The notes beneath the pieces are model-generated. The model searched no databases and was not told the DNA's origin. It saw only the letters and a program-made list of their open reading frames with translations. A DNA stretch of 64,000 nucleotides from Amoebidium appalachense (lineage: Eukaryota > Protista > Ichthyosporea): NCBI GenBank assembly GCA_963693365.1, contig CAVNZM010000016.1:927505-991504 (forward strand), written 5' to 3'. Positions 46,522 to 56,649 of the stretch are shown here, piece after piece (positions within the stretch are counted from its first letter, which is position 1; each line of letters begins with the position of its first letter). The translations under genes and the position numbers were made by a program.

Positions 46522-47301
46522 ATGGACAGTTCGCACTCGGAGCTCGCCCTTGTAATCGTGTGTTTGGCGGTGGTCTACCTGTACGTGAGTTCGCACGAAG
46601 GCGATCCGTTCTATCAGGCCTGGGGGTTTGACAACCCGGACCCTCCGCCCAAGCCCGCCCCGCCCCCTTCCCCCGCAGACTTCCAGCCCAACCTGAACCT
46701 CGACAGGAACACCCTTTATGCACCGCACGCCGGGGCCACTGACGCCCTCGGCCTCAATCGGCCGTTCAACCCCCTCGACCGTCTCAACACCAAGGTCATG
46801 GAGGTGCCCCATGACGAGCACTACGGCAGATTCCGCTACCTCTCGCCCTACCAACGGCAGAAGCCCTTCGACGACGCCGCCAACGCCGCCGACCGCACAC
46901 CCCTCCCCCAGACCGTGGCCGTGCTGGCAGGTGCTGCCGTCGACGGCCATGTGCATCCCGAGGAACAGCAGTCGCGCAGCAACTACATGCGTGAGCTGTA
47001 CCGCACACGCACGCGCGCGCCAGTGTACAACGGCAACATGCGCAACGAGGGAGCCCGGCCGGAGGCCGTGCTGAACAGCAGGGAGGATGCACAGCAGGGC
47101 GTGCGGCCGCCGCTACCGACATACGCGACAAACCCGGCACGCGTGGACCCAGAGAAGGTGGTGCATGCACGCAGGGGGATCCGCACACACGACTTTGCCG
47201 AGATCCGCGGGCTGGCGAACACGGACGCGCCGATGATGCCCATCCCGGACATGGTGGCGGGGCCAACGCTGCCGCAGGAGTTCAACGTCAAGGTCAGATA
47301 G
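46522..47301 (+). CDS. Membrane-anchored hypothetical virion protein
   Basis: N-terminal TM; TAATG start context. Confidence 0.65.
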   Translation: MDSSHSELALVIVCLAVVYLYVSSHEGDPFYQAWGFDNPDPPPKPAPPPSPADFQPNLNLDRNTLYAPHAGATDALGLNRPFNPLDRLNTKVMEVPHDEHYGRFRYLSPYQRQKPFDDAANAADRTPLPQTVAVLAGAAVDGHVHPEEQQSRSNYMRELYRTRTRAPVYNGNMRNEGARPEAVLNSREDAQQGVRPPLPTYATNPARVDPEKVVHARRGIRTHDFAEIRGLANTDAPMMPIPDMVAGPTLPQEFNVKVR

Positions 47302-47357
47302 AGTCACAGAACAGTGGCGGGTCCTTGCAGTCATGGATTTTATTGTCGACATGAGCA

Positions 47358-47618
47358 ATGGCCATATGCTACACGCGCAAGACCAAATCGGCGTTCAATC
47401 GTCCCGTCAAGCTCAATCCCCCCCTCAAGGGCTTCATGCACAAGTCGTCGGCCACGCGTGGACAGATCGTAAAGGCGGTGTGGGCGTACGCCAAGAAGAA
47501 AGGTCTTGCCGAAGGCCAAAAGATCAAGGTGGACCGCGCCCTTGCCCCACTGTTTCCCAAGATGGCCAACGCCAAGTTCGGCGACATCGCACGCATGATC
47601 AGCAGGTTCAGTGGTTGA
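47358..47618 (+). CDS. SWIB/MDM2-domain protein
   Basis: KLNPPLKGFM...TRGQIVKAVWAYAKKKGL...KIKVDRALAPLF. Confidence 0.85.
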   Translation: MAICYTRKTKSAFNRPVKLNPPLKGFMHKSSATRGQIVKAVWAYAKKKGLAEGQKIKVDRALAPLFPKMANAKFGDIARMISRFSG

Positions 47619-47656
47619 AGCACGGTGCCTCCCAATATTTTCCGTGGCCGCTATAA

Positions 47657-48484
47657 ATGCCCAAGTACGACAAAGCAAACATCACAAACACCACCAACCT
47701 GGTGCTGAAAAAGGCCACCGGCCCCACATCAGAGAATGACGTCAAGGCCGCAAAGCACTTGTTGATCAGGCAGAAGAAGGACTATGCGCGCGAGATGTGC
47801 GTGTCGGCGCCGGTCGCCGACCGGGCCTCGCTCTATGTATGGCGTGGCCTGTACGCCGTCCAGCAGGTCGTCGGTTCCTGCAAGGGGCGCCTGCAGCCAT
47901 TGGACGCAGTTGGGTTTATTCTTGGATGCGTCATCAATCTCGGCGTCAACCTCAACAATAACGGCGCCAAGGGATCCGCACTCGACGAGGCCACCGATGT
48001 GAGCGTGTTCAAGGTGGCCGAGGACGTCTACTCGCGCATCCGCATGGCCATGTTCGGGTCTTTCCCTGATGACTTCTCGTCCCTCGAGGCAAGCTCCAGC
48101 TGCAGGGAGCCGTGGATCATCGAGGACCTGGATAAGTACGCGTGCAAGTGGCGAATCGGCCTGGACGAGGCGTCCAAGATCCAGACCTACCTTATAGAGT
48201 TGGAGGAGCTGGTGCGAAAGAAAACCCCCGACACGCTGATGGCGCTTCCTGACTGGTATCAGCCCAACGAGTTGGACAAGGACATCCTGTCATGGTTTGG
48301 GGAGTACGGCGTGCTTCCACTGGACATCACGCTGTTCAGCGAGGACCTCTACCGGCGTGTACGCTACATACTCTTCCAGAGATGTAACGTGCGCACAAAC
48401 GACACCCTCGACTACGATGCACAGCTGGCTCTCTTCCATGCGGAGCAAACGAAGCTGGCCAACGTTGCCCGGCGCTGTGTGTGA
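47657..48484 (+). CDS. VAEDxYxRxR family protein, paralogue 1
   Basis: KVAEDVYSRIR and SEDLYRRVR motifs shared with the ORFs at 53385 and 54221. Confidence 0.75.
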   Translation: MPKYDKANITNTTNLVLKKATGPTSENDVKAAKHLLIRQKKDYAREMCVSAPVADRASLYVWRGLYAVQQVVGSCKGRLQPLDAVGFILGCVINLGVNLNNNGAKGSALDEATDVSVFKVAEDVYSRIRMAMFGSFPDDFSSLEASSSCREPWIIEDLDKYACKWRIGLDEASKIQTYLIELEELVRKKTPDTLMALPDWYQPNELDKDILSWFGEYGVLPLDITLFSEDLYRRVRYILFQRCNVRTNDTLDYDAQLALFHAEQTKLANVARRCV

Positions 48485-48507
48485 TATCTTTTCTTGTCCA
48501 CAAATAA

Positions 48508-49201
48508 ATGCGCAGGAACACTAAACTGACGGAAGCATCACGCGTGCTGCCTGTTCCCGTGTCCACCAGTAACCTGGAGTTGGAGGTGAAGGCGCTCGAG
48601 TCGCTCATCGGTCGTGCTGGGCGTCTGGGGATGCCAGGCGACAGCGCCAAGCGCAAGGCACCAGCCAAGCATGCGACCGCCGGCCACCCCCCAAAGAAAC
48701 CCAAGCTTGCGACCGCCATGCGTCCTCTGAAACCAATGGGGACCATGCGGGTGAGCGTTGCCCCCAAGGCCGCCTCCAGGAGGCCGGTTTCTAAATCCGT
48801 TCAAGCCCCAACCAAGGCTGCGGCAACCAGGAAGCCCACTGCCGCCCCCAAGTCCAGACCTGCCGCAACCATGCGTGTTCGCTCGAGCTCGCGGAAAGGG
48901 GGAAGCTGCGGGCCTGGCACCGTAAGCGTAGGCGGTGAATGCGTGTTGGCCACCCCAAAGAACGTCTTGGGCTACTGTGGCGTTAAGCCGGGTCGGGCAC
49001 CTCCCCCCCCCCGACTACAGCCGCGAGTCTGTTGCCCACGGCACTGAAATCATCGAGTTGCTGGGAACAAGCGTCGCTTCTGAAGGGACTGGGCAGGCCA
49101 CAAACCTGGGTTCGAGCGCCGCAACGGGCTCGTTCGCTAAGAGCATCACAGGGGATCACTTCCCCATACTGTTCATCATCCAGGCCGACAGCGTGAACTA
49201 G
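48508..49201 (+). CDS. K/A/P-rich basic protein, probably one gene frameshifted in poly-C at about 49005
   Basis: H1-like low-complexity region and CGPGTVSVGGECV; the overlapping downstream frame ends at 49201. Confidence 0.5.
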
Positions 49202-49254
49202 GGCTCCCGCAGGTATATAAGGCGCGTCCGCAGCACACTTTCTTGCCAACTAGC

Positions 49255-50241
49255 ATGTCAGCGGACGAGCGCAAGCGCCCGATGCGCGCGCCCTACCGGT
49301 CCAAGAAGGGCTGCGAGGCAGACAAGCAGTACGTGCAGCACGTGGCCCAGAACGACATGGAGTCGCGTGTGGACGTGCGCATGGCCGAGTTTGCCAAGCG
49401 CCGCAAGATCGGCGACGCCGCTGTTGTCCAGGAGGAGGTCGAGTTCCTTCTCGACACCCTGCCCTACATGCTTAAGCACTACGAGTGCAGCGACAGGGAT
49501 TCGAGGAGGGAGGTGTATCGCGAGTACCTGACCCATGTGGAGGACGTGCAGGACCGTGCTCCCCGCCGCGAGCCCGATCCCTGCCCCGCGTGCGGCGTCG
49601 GCCTGCTGGACAAGATGAGGGAGATGTACGTGTGCGACGAGTGCGGCGAGGCCGTGCCCGGGTTCTGTGAGTTCAACAAGTCGGTGTTCAAGATGCCCCC
49701 ACCCCGCAGCCAGCGCCAGCAGGTATACAAGCCGCTCAACCATTTCAACGAGACGCTCGTGCACTTCCAGGGCAAGGAGACCACGGACATACCGGTTGAC
49801 GTCGTCGAGTTTGTCAGGGACGCGGCCACGCTGCACTACCCCATGGAACGCATCACGCACGCACATGTCAAGAAGCTCCTGAGAAGCCGCAAGCTCAACC
49901 GCTACTACCGCAACATCCCCAGCATCATGCAGAGCGCATTTGGCATTCAGTGCCCGCAGTTCAACCCCGAGCAGCTGGACCGCCTGCGCGACATGTTCAT
50001 GCAGACGCAGGGCGTGTTCAAGGACGCGTGCGATGACAGGATCAACTTCCTCTCGGTCAACTACCTGCTGTTCAAGTTCTGCGAGCTGCTCCAGTGGGGC
50101 GCCTATCTACCCCACATACCCCTGCTAAAGTCTGCAGACAAACTCTGTGACCACGACCGCACATGGCAGGCCATCTGTGCAAAGCTGGGCTGGTCGTTTA
50201 TTAAAACACGGACAACCCCGCGTTGTCTCATGACCGTGTAG
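49255..50241 (+). CDS. Viral late transcription factor 3 (VLTF3-like)
   Basis: CxxC...CxxCG zinc ribbon, YKPLNHFNETL..FQGKE, RINFLSVNYLLFKFCELL, LLKS.DKL..HD.TW..IC..LGW.FI.T. Confidence 0.93.
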   Translation: MSADERKRPMRAPYRSKKGCEADKQYVQHVAQNDMESRVDVRMAEFAKRRKIGDAAVVQEEVEFLLDTLPYMLKHYECSDRDSRREVYREYLTHVEDVQDRAPRREPDPCPACGVGLLDKMREMYVCDECGEAVPGFCEFNKSVFKMPPPRSQRQQVYKPLNHFNETLVHFQGKETTDIPVDVVEFVRDAATLHYPMERITHAHVKKLLRSRKLNRYYRNIPSIMQSAFGIQCPQFNPEQLDRLRDMFMQTQGVFKDACDDRINFLSVNYLLFKFCELLQWGAYLPHIPLLKSADKLCDHDRTWQAICAKLGWSFIKTRTTPRCLMTV

Positions 50242-50261
50242 ATGCTTGTGTCTTGTCGTGT

Positions 50262-50474
50262 CTACCACTTGCTGCGCCACCCCTCGCACAGTCGTCGGCG
50301 AATGTGACGCCGCATGTTGCCGAGCTTTGCGGCCGCGATGGTTCTCGCGAACCCCCGGGGCATACATCCGGGACTAGTCTCTTGGATCTGGTTGGTCAGA
50401 AGCGCAAGCGCCTTGTTTTCTCCCGGTACTGACGCGCCGCGCCGCCGGTGGTGTCGTCTGCGTGTTGTTGCCAT
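50262..50474 (-). CDS. Small Arg-rich protein
   Basis: Begins MATTRRRHHRRRGAS. Confidence 0.45.
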   Translation of the reverse strand: MATTRRRHHRRRGASVPGENKALALLTNQIQETSPGCMPRGFARTIAAAKLGNMRRHIRRRLCEGWRSKW

Positions 50475-50527
50475 CTGTATGACGGGCTGATCATTTTTTC
50501 TCAACATCCCCTGCGCCCTTTTTTTGT

Positions 50528-51085
50528 ATGGCATTGGTAATGGAAGCTGCCTCATTCAATGCATGCCTCGATGAGCTTTGCGCCAAGCTCCAGACCGCGT
50601 TCCCCGACCTTCCAGAGATCGCCCAGGCAAGGTCCATCGCGGCCTCCACAGCCGAAGTCAGCCCGGACATGCCCCCTCAGGTCTTTGCGGCTCAGATAGC
50701 GCCGTTCATGCCGCAGGTCGCCGCCAAGGACTGGTCGTTTCTTGAGGGCGACCACTCTCCACTCCAACAGATGGGGCTGCACGCGGCATGGACTCGCATG
50801 CACCCCATTACCAAGGCTGCCGTAGTCGAGTATGTCGAGCGCCTGGTCGTGTACAGTGGTGCGACAGCTGCACCAGTCCCGTCCACGCAGGTCCTGGACC
50901 ATGCCGGCCAGCTCCCGCCACTCGACCCGGCCACCATGTCGAACATCTTCAACATCGCGAAGGCCGCCACCTCAAACATGACCGACGATGACGCCCGCGC
51001 CCTGCTTGAGAACCGGGACCCGGCCAAACTCGGTCAGCTGTGTTTCAGCATCCTCGACAGCCTCACCGCAAACGTGCCGACGTGA
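50528..51085 (+). CDS. Conserved NCLDV helical protein of unknown function
   Basis: FN..LDEL...FPD...F...IAPF...VAAKDWSFL...W..M...TK.AV.EY..RL pattern recalled from algal and amoebal giant viruses. Confidence 0.65.
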   Translation: MALVMEAASFNACLDELCAKLQTAFPDLPEIAQARSIAASTAEVSPDMPPQVFAAQIAPFMPQVAAKDWSFLEGDHSPLQQMGLHAAWTRMHPITKAAVVEYVERLVVYSGATAAPVPSTQVLDHAGQLPPLDPATMSNIFNIAKAATSNMTDDDARALLENRDPAKLGQLCFSILDSLTANVPT

Positions 51086-51314
51086 AGCAGCTTGACGTGT
51101 TGTGGGCCAGTGTGTAGAAATGCGTGAGGGTGAGCCGGTCAAACAGGCCGGTGGTTGCCGATCGGTACTTGATTTCCTGGAAGATGTGCACCAACAGCTC
51201 AAACTCTTGATCAAGGGGGGGCGGCAGGGGCTCCCTCTCGTCCTCCGACTCCGTTTCACTTGGCACAGGGGTGCCGAGGTAGGCCAGAAGTTCGAATTCG
51301 TCGTAGGCCACCAT
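51063..51314 (-). CDS. Small acidic hypothetical viral protein
   Basis: MVAYDEFEL...LFDRLTLTHFYTLAHNTSS. Confidence 0.5.
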   Translation of the reverse strand: MVAYDEFELLAYLGTPVPSETESEDEREPLPPPLDQEFELLVHIFQEIKYRSATTGLFDRLTLTHFYTLAHNTSSCFTSARLR

Positions 51315-51383
51315 TGTCGAGACTGGCCGGGTGGGGTGGCGTCGAGGGTATTTATACCCGCGACCCCCCCCGGCTCCCGCAAA

Positions 51384-51685
51384 TGGAGGCAAGGCATGTC
51401 GACCACATCATCCCCTGCGGCATGTTTGTGCTCCCCATGCGCAAGTGGACGCTCCTAAGGGCCTCCTGTGTACGGCTGGGCATCGAGGCCGCCGTGGGGC
51501 CGGGGTACGTGCACAGCTGGGTGCCGGGACTGCTGGGCATCCTTGAGCGCGCACGGGGAGGGGGTATGCCGCGGCTGCTGCTGCTGCACGCCACGCCCGA
51601 GTACGCGTCCTGGGTGGCGGGTTTGTGCGCCCCGCTGGGAGTGGTGGTCGCAACAGATGGGCCGCGTGTGTTCGTCACCGGTTGA
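51384..51685 (+). CDS. Hypothetical protein
   Basis: ATG at about 51384 after TATTTATA; fills the intergenic gap. Confidence 0.45.
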
Positions 51686-51703
51686 TTTATTGTTGGGTTT
51701 AAC

Positions 51704-52408
51704 ATGGAGCAGTTTGTGGCCAGTCTTAGGGCCAACGCCGCCAACAAGAAGCTGCCCATCGAGTTGTCGCCCACCACCCTGGCGGAATTGTTCAAGCGGC
51801 CGTGCCAGGTGTGCAACCGCGCCGAGGCCGAGCGGACCCACCGTAACGTGGCACTGTGCCTCTACAAGCGCGGCTACGTCCACGGGAACGTGCGTCCCGT
51901 GTGCACCGTCTGCCACCGGATCCGCCACGGCCTGCGCACCACGCAGCTCGCCGCCCTCGCCGCACACACGCTGTTGCACTGCCCGCTGGTCAAACGCGCG
52001 CTGGGGCGCTCGGCTGCTGGCGTCAAGCGGCTCGCAAAGGCCCTTGCCACTCGCAGGGCGTACAGGCAGCCCCCGTCATCGCGCGCATACAGCACAAACT
52101 ACAACACGTACAGGTGCAGCGCCCGAAAGCGCTGCGACACAGAGAATGGCCGGCGCTGCCCTTCGTCCGTGTTCACGCTCACGCGAAAGCAGTTTGACGC
52201 CATTCGCAGGGAGCCCTGCTTCTACTGCGGCCTGGACCAGTCCAACGGCGTCGACCGGCTGTATCCGGCCGTGGGGTACACCGAGAGCAACAGCGTGCCC
52301 TGCTGCAAGACCTGCAACTACACAAAGAACGATATGCATCCCGGCGCATACATCCAGCACCTGGCCACTATCGTTCGGCACTGGGCTGCGAACCAGGGCG
52401 TGGCTTGA
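51704..52408 (+). CDS. Tandem HNH-type zinc-binding endonuclease
   Basis: Two CxxC...GY..GN/SN..P.CxxC units; the second is CFYCG..NGVDRL..GYTESNSVPCCKTCNYTK. Confidence 0.8.
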   Translation: MEQFVASLRANAANKKLPIELSPTTLAELFKRPCQVCNRAEAERTHRNVALCLYKRGYVHGNVRPVCTVCHRIRHGLRTTQLAALAAHTLLHCPLVKRALGRSAAGVKRLAKALATRRAYRQPPSSRAYSTNYNTYRCSARKRCDTENGRRCPSSVFTLTRKQFDAIRREPCFYCGLDQSNGVDRLYPAVGYTESNSVPCCKTCNYTKNDMHPGAYIQHLATIVRHWAANQGVA

Positions 52409-52763
52409 CCATCCAGGCCTCGTAGGGTTTCAGGGCCTCGCTGGGCCGCACCGCCGGCTTCTTCTTGCGCTGGTTCACGGCGTTGTGAACCCTCACGCCC
52501 CATTTGGACAGCGCATTCCTGTTCCGCAGGATACGCCGGCCAAGCTTGCATCTGGAGTGCCGTATGAGTTTGGCAAAGTGTCCACGGCACGCCCGGCATG
52601 GAAGAACGTTCACCAACGAGTTGAAGAAGCCTTCGTACTGCTCCTTGACGCGCGGTGTGGGGTTGTCCGGGTAGCCCAGGGTCACAGCATGGATGACTTT
52701 CCAGAAGTGCGGGCCCCAGCATCGCGATTTGAGGTTGGGTCGAGACATTACTTGTATGGACAT
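52368..52763 (-). CDS. Erv1/Alr FAD-linked sulfhydryl oxidase
   Basis: WGPHFWKVIH, LPCRACRGHF, W...HNAVN. Confidence 0.93.
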   Translation of the reverse strand: MSIQVMSRPNLKSRCWGPHFWKVIHAVTLGYPDNPTPRVKEQYEGFFNSLVNVLPCRACRGHFAKLIRHSRCKLGRRILRNRNALSKWGVRVHNAVNQRKKKPAVRPSEALKPYEAWMVKPRPGSQPSAER

Positions 52764-52969
52764 AACGTTTGCATGCGGGCTACTGCTACAATGATTTTTC
52801 TTTCTTAAGTTTATTTTTCGTATAGACCAGTTTCTTGTAACCGCATGACCGCCACTAGCCTAGCTCCTTTCATGACCCGTGGTCATGTTGGCAAGTTTAG
52901 GAAAAGGTGGTAGGTTCACCTGTATCTGGCTGGCAAGTCGGACGTGAAATACAGGACGGCGCGTATGCT

Positions 52970-53356
52970 TTATTGCAGGAACATGGTGGTCCGGGTACGC
53001 TGAGCCGTGCCGTCAAGGATGGTTGCCAGCTTGTCCACTCCCCAGGCGGTCGCATTACTAGTTGTTCCAAGATGGGTGGCGAGCGCCTGGTAATTAGTTG
53101 TGGTGGCGAATAGCTTGTCCATCAGGTTGCTGCTTGCTGTGCTGACCTCACCCGAATAGTTCTTGGGCAAATGCGATCGTGCCCCGCCATCCTTGCCGTC
53201 AAGCTGGTCGAGCCGCGCCGGCATGCACACGCCCTTGACACGGGAGGTCGCCGGCCCGCAGCGCCGTGTCTTTGTGGGGGGCTTACGCTTGGATGCCTTT
53301 GGGGTGGGCGGTTCAGCGGACCCCTTCGAGTAGTTTCGCACGTTCATTTTCGCCAT
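52970..53356 (-). CDS. Hypothetical basic protein
   Basis: Compact ORF co-oriented with its neighbours. Confidence 0.55.
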   Translation of the reverse strand: MAKMNVRNYSKGSAEPPTPKASKRKPPTKTRRCGPATSRVKGVCMPARLDQLDGKDGGARSHLPKNYSGEVSTASSNLMDKLFATTTNYQALATHLGTTSNATAWGVDKLATILDGTAQRTRTTMFLQ

Positions 53357-53384
53357 TGGGTATGGCCCCGAATAAATGGAGCGA

Positions 53385-54191
53385 TCAGCGCCCCAGGCAG
53401 ATATTTGCCGACTGCATGCACGGTTTGGCCTCCCGGCGGGCCTTGTCCAGGTTGCGATAGTACAATGCGGCCAATGTGTCGCCCTGCATGGTGAGGTTCG
53501 ACGTGGTCACAGCCAGCGTGCTGGTGCCGATGACCACGTTGCGCCAGCGGCTGTAGAGGTCTTCATACAGTTGAAGACGGCCCAACATCTTGACTTCAGC
53601 GCACACTGGGCCGGGGCATGTGGTTACCTTGAAGAGATCGCCGTTGATGAAGCATGGGATTAGGGCTGTGGCAGCGGCGGTAGCCGTCTTAAGCTTCGAG
53701 ATGTTCGATAGGTGCTTGTTGATAGTGGTCACGCAGTTGAAGGCGACCGAGTATGTGCGCATGAACTCCTCGACCCTGGTGATGTACATGCGCGGCTGCC
53801 CGCAGTCGTCCACGGTCATGAGGTTGAAGTCTGGGCTGGAGTCGTTTGTCACCACCCGTCTCAGCCTCTGGTAGATGTCTTCGGCAACCCTGATGGCGTC
53901 AGTCACTCTTGTGGTTGGCTCGGTTGTGTTAGGAAGGACCTGCACGGCAAGAATCGGAATGCCGAGCGCACTGAGTTGCGGCGCCTGGTTGTTCTGTATT
54001 CCCAGGAGAAAATGGTCGATGTTGAGACGCACGTACACCCCAAGCGCCTGGGCCGTGTCTACGTCTATGTTGAAGCGCCGGGCATAAGTTTTGGCGTTGA
54101 CGATCTGCAGGTGCCGCAGCGGTAGCTTGTCGACAACGTCCTTTACCTTGGCGTTAAAGTCGGCGGAGTCAGCTTGTCCTATAAGCACCAT
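53385..54191 (-). CDS. VAEDxYxRxR family protein, paralogue 2
   Basis: RVAEDIYQRLR and YEDLYSRWR; TAAATG start. Confidence 0.75.
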   Translation of the reverse strand: MVLIGQADSADFNAKVKDVVDKLPLRHLQIVNAKTYARRFNIDVDTAQALGVYVRLNIDHFLLGIQNNQAPQLSALGIPILAVQVLPNTTEPTTRVTDAIRVAEDIYQRLRRVVTNDSSPDFNLMTVDDCGQPRMYITRVEEFMRTYSVAFNCVTTINKHLSNISKLKTATAAATALIPCFINGDLFKVTTCPGPVCAEVKMLGRLQLYEDLYSRWRNVVIGTSTLAVTTSNLTMQGDTLAALYYRNLDKARREAKPCMQSANICLGR

Positions 54192-54220
54192 TTACATGTC
54201 TCATCCATAAAATGGCCACG

Positions 54221-55036
54221 TCAGTCCACTGCCGCGAAAAACATGGCGCTTTTGCCGGGGGCCGGTTTTCCCCGGATGTCCACCGCCGTCCCCGACACAA
54301 ACTTTTCGACGTGCTGCCCGGTGAGCCGCCGGTGGTGCACGGCCAGCAGGGTATTCTTGTCCACCTCGTGGGTCGGCATGGCCACCATGTTGTCCGGCTT
54401 GTAGACGGTGTTGCGCCAGCGCTGGAACAGGTCCTCGTGCAGCTCCATGCGCCGGCTCTGCGCCTCCTCCCGCTTCACGCAGCGGGTGCGCGGGCGCATG
54501 CGCTGGATGGGCTTGGGGACATCCAGTACCTTCATCGGGTCGCTTGCCAGCTGTCGCTTGGTTGTCACAAGCCACCTGTTGATTGTGGCCACGTCCGCCA
54601 GCGGCAGCTCGTAGAAGCGCGAGTACCTGCTGATGTCCGTCACCACCGTGGCGGGCGTGCCGCATGCGTCCACGACCGTACGGTTGAAGTCCGCCGCCGT
54701 GGACGACATGCATGCCAGCCTCGTGCGCTGGTACACGTCCTCGGCCACGCGCAGCGCCTTGCTGAACGGGAACTTCTTGACTTCGGCCGTCTCGAGCAGT
54801 CCCCAGATGTAGTGCGCCATGTCGACGATCCCGAGGGCAGACAGCGGCAGCGGCGCCTCGTGGGCCAGCTGTTCCGTGAACTCGTCGATCGCGTGCGCAA
54901 GCAGCAGCGCGCAGTCCCGCACCACGGGCTCAGGGATGTCGAAATCCCTCGCGTAGCGGTCCGTGGCGAGTATCTGCAGCCGGCGGGCCGGGCCGCCGAA
55001 GTCGTTGTACAGGGCCTCGAACGTTGCGTAGGGCAT
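54221..55036 (-). CDS. VAEDxYxRxR family protein, paralogue 3
   Basis: RVAEDVYQRTR and HEDLFQRWR; divergent from the MCP. Start at 55036 chosen to avoid overlap. Confidence 0.75.
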   Translation of the reverse strand: MPYATFEALYNDFGGPARRLQILATDRYARDFDIPEPVVRDCALLLAHAIDEFTEQLAHEAPLPLSALGIVDMAHYIWGLLETAEVKKFPFSKALRVAEDVYQRTRLACMSSTAADFNRTVVDACGTPATVVTDISRYSRFYELPLADVATINRWLVTTKRQLASDPMKVLDVPKPIQRMRPRTRCVKREEAQSRRMELHEDLFQRWRNTVYKPDNMVAMPTHEVDKNTLLAVHHRRLTGQHVEKFVSGTAVDIRGKPAPGKSAMFFAAVD

Positions 55037-55124
55037 CCTGCTGTTGGCCGCAAAAAGTCTGTTTGATGGTACGATATGCATCCAGACCCACGAGAGCGCG
55101 ATATTATGTGCGCGTCTATTAAAC

Positions 55125-56423
55125 ATGTCTAGCTCGGCGATTGTGCAGCTGGTGTCCAAGGGCGTTCAGGATTCCGTTCTGACCTTCAAACCCACCAAGA
55201 CCCTGTTCCGCAGCAAGTATGCGCAGATCAGCAACTTCTCCATTGAGTTCTTTAGGGTCAACTTCCAGACCGCCCTGGACTACGGCGCCACCGGCTGCAA
55301 CTGCGAGATTAGTCGTTCCGGAGACCTCATCAAGGACCTTTGGATCCACTTCAAGGTAGGCGCTCTTAAGCGTGGGCCACCCAACGCCGTCTCCAACGGC
55401 TCGATTGGCCCCCTTCCCTACGACGCCCACTTTGTCAACATGCTGCCCTTTGCCCTCTTCAACCGCATCGAGCTGAACGTGGGGACATACCGCATCGACC
55501 AGCACGTGGGCCGCCTTCTCGCCCTGCTCGAGGACATCGAGACACCCCCTGGCAAGGGGCTGGGCATCGCCATTGGCAAGGCCGATCATGTGAGCCAGCT
55601 GCGCGAGTGGGCCAACCACGAGATGGAGTACTTCTTTCCCCTGCAGTTCTGGTTCAACAGGAGGTATGGTGCTGCCCTGCCCATTGTCGCCCTGCAGTTC
55701 CACACCGTGCGCATCGACATCGACACCAAGCCCCTGCGTGACCTCATCAACGACGTCGGCGACCAGAAGCCCTCCAGCTCCACCAACGACGCTCATGGTG
55801 GCAAGATTTCCGACAGCAGCATCATCGTCGAGTACATCTTCGTGGACGAGCAGGAACGTGCCATGTGGGCCCAGGCCCAGCGCCACGACTACCTCGTGGA
55901 CCTGTGGCAGGAGAAGATGTTCAGCTCCAACGTCAACAGCAGGCCCAACGAGAAGGCTACCCTCACGCAGCAGCTCAACTTCGGCTTCCCCGTCAAGGAG
56001 CTGCTCATCGTGTGCCAGCCCCGCACACGCAACAACGAGCCCGGCAAGAACGACTTCTTCAACTTTGCCTCGCCTGGCAAGAGCCCCAACAACCCGCTGT
56101 ACCTACCCATCCAGAAGATCGACGTCAAGTACAACAACACCGGCATGCAGTACAACTACAGCGGGCTGTTCTCGCACAAGGTGCTGGTCCAGAAGTACCA
56201 CACCCGTGCCCCTACGCTCAAGATGTTCATGATCCCCTATGCCCTCCAGCCCGAAGACTCCATCCAGCCCACAGGCAGCACGAACTTCTCCCGCATCGAC
56301 ACGATTGACCTGAACCTGGAGCTTCACGAGTCCCTCAGCGGCACCGTGGACTTCTGGGTATATGCCAGAGGTCACAACCTAGTGAGCATCAGTGGTGGGA
56401 TGCTCAGTCTGCGCTTTAGTTGA
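55125..56423 (+). CDS. NCLDV major capsid protein (double jelly roll)
   Basis: VQLVSKGVQD..LT..P..TLFRS.Y, ISRSGDLI, PLQFWF.R..GAALPIVALQFH, LNFGFPVKEL, YALQPED.IQPTGSTNFSRID, GGML.L.FS. Confidence 0.97.
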   Translation: MSSSAIVQLVSKGVQDSVLTFKPTKTLFRSKYAQISNFSIEFFRVNFQTALDYGATGCNCEISRSGDLIKDLWIHFKVGALKRGPPNAVSNGSIGPLPYDAHFVNMLPFALFNRIELNVGTYRIDQHVGRLLALLEDIETPPGKGLGIAIGKADHVSQLREWANHEMEYFFPLQFWFNRRYGAALPIVALQFHTVRIDIDTKPLRDLINDVGDQKPSSSTNDAHGGKISDSSIIVEYIFVDEQERAMWAQAQRHDYLVDLWQEKMFSSNVNSRPNEKATLTQQLNFGFPVKELLIVCQPRTRNNEPGKNDFFNFASPGKSPNNPLYLPIQKIDVKYNNTGMQYNYSGLFSHKVLVQKYHTRAPTLKMFMIPYALQPEDSIQPTGSTNFSRIDTIDLNLELHESLSGTVDFWVYARGHNLVSISGGMLSLRFS

Positions 56424-56460
56424 GCACCCATACTAATCTATTCCTGTGTATACACGAATG

Positions 56461-56640
56461 ATGTTGTGGCGTATGGACTCGCCATGCAATTGGTACATAT
56501 GTCGATCTTTATTGATAACATTCGTGTGATCTGCCGGGTGATGAATTGTAATATGTGATTTTATTATAATGTTGTGGCGTGTGGACTCTCCATGCAATTG
56601 GTACATATGTCGATCTTTATTGATAACATTCGTGTGATCT
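56461..56640. repeat. 72-bp direct repeat (period 108)
   Basis: 56461-56532 versus 56569-56640, 2 mismatches. Confidence 0.85.
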
Positions 56641-56649
56641 CCATCGATC

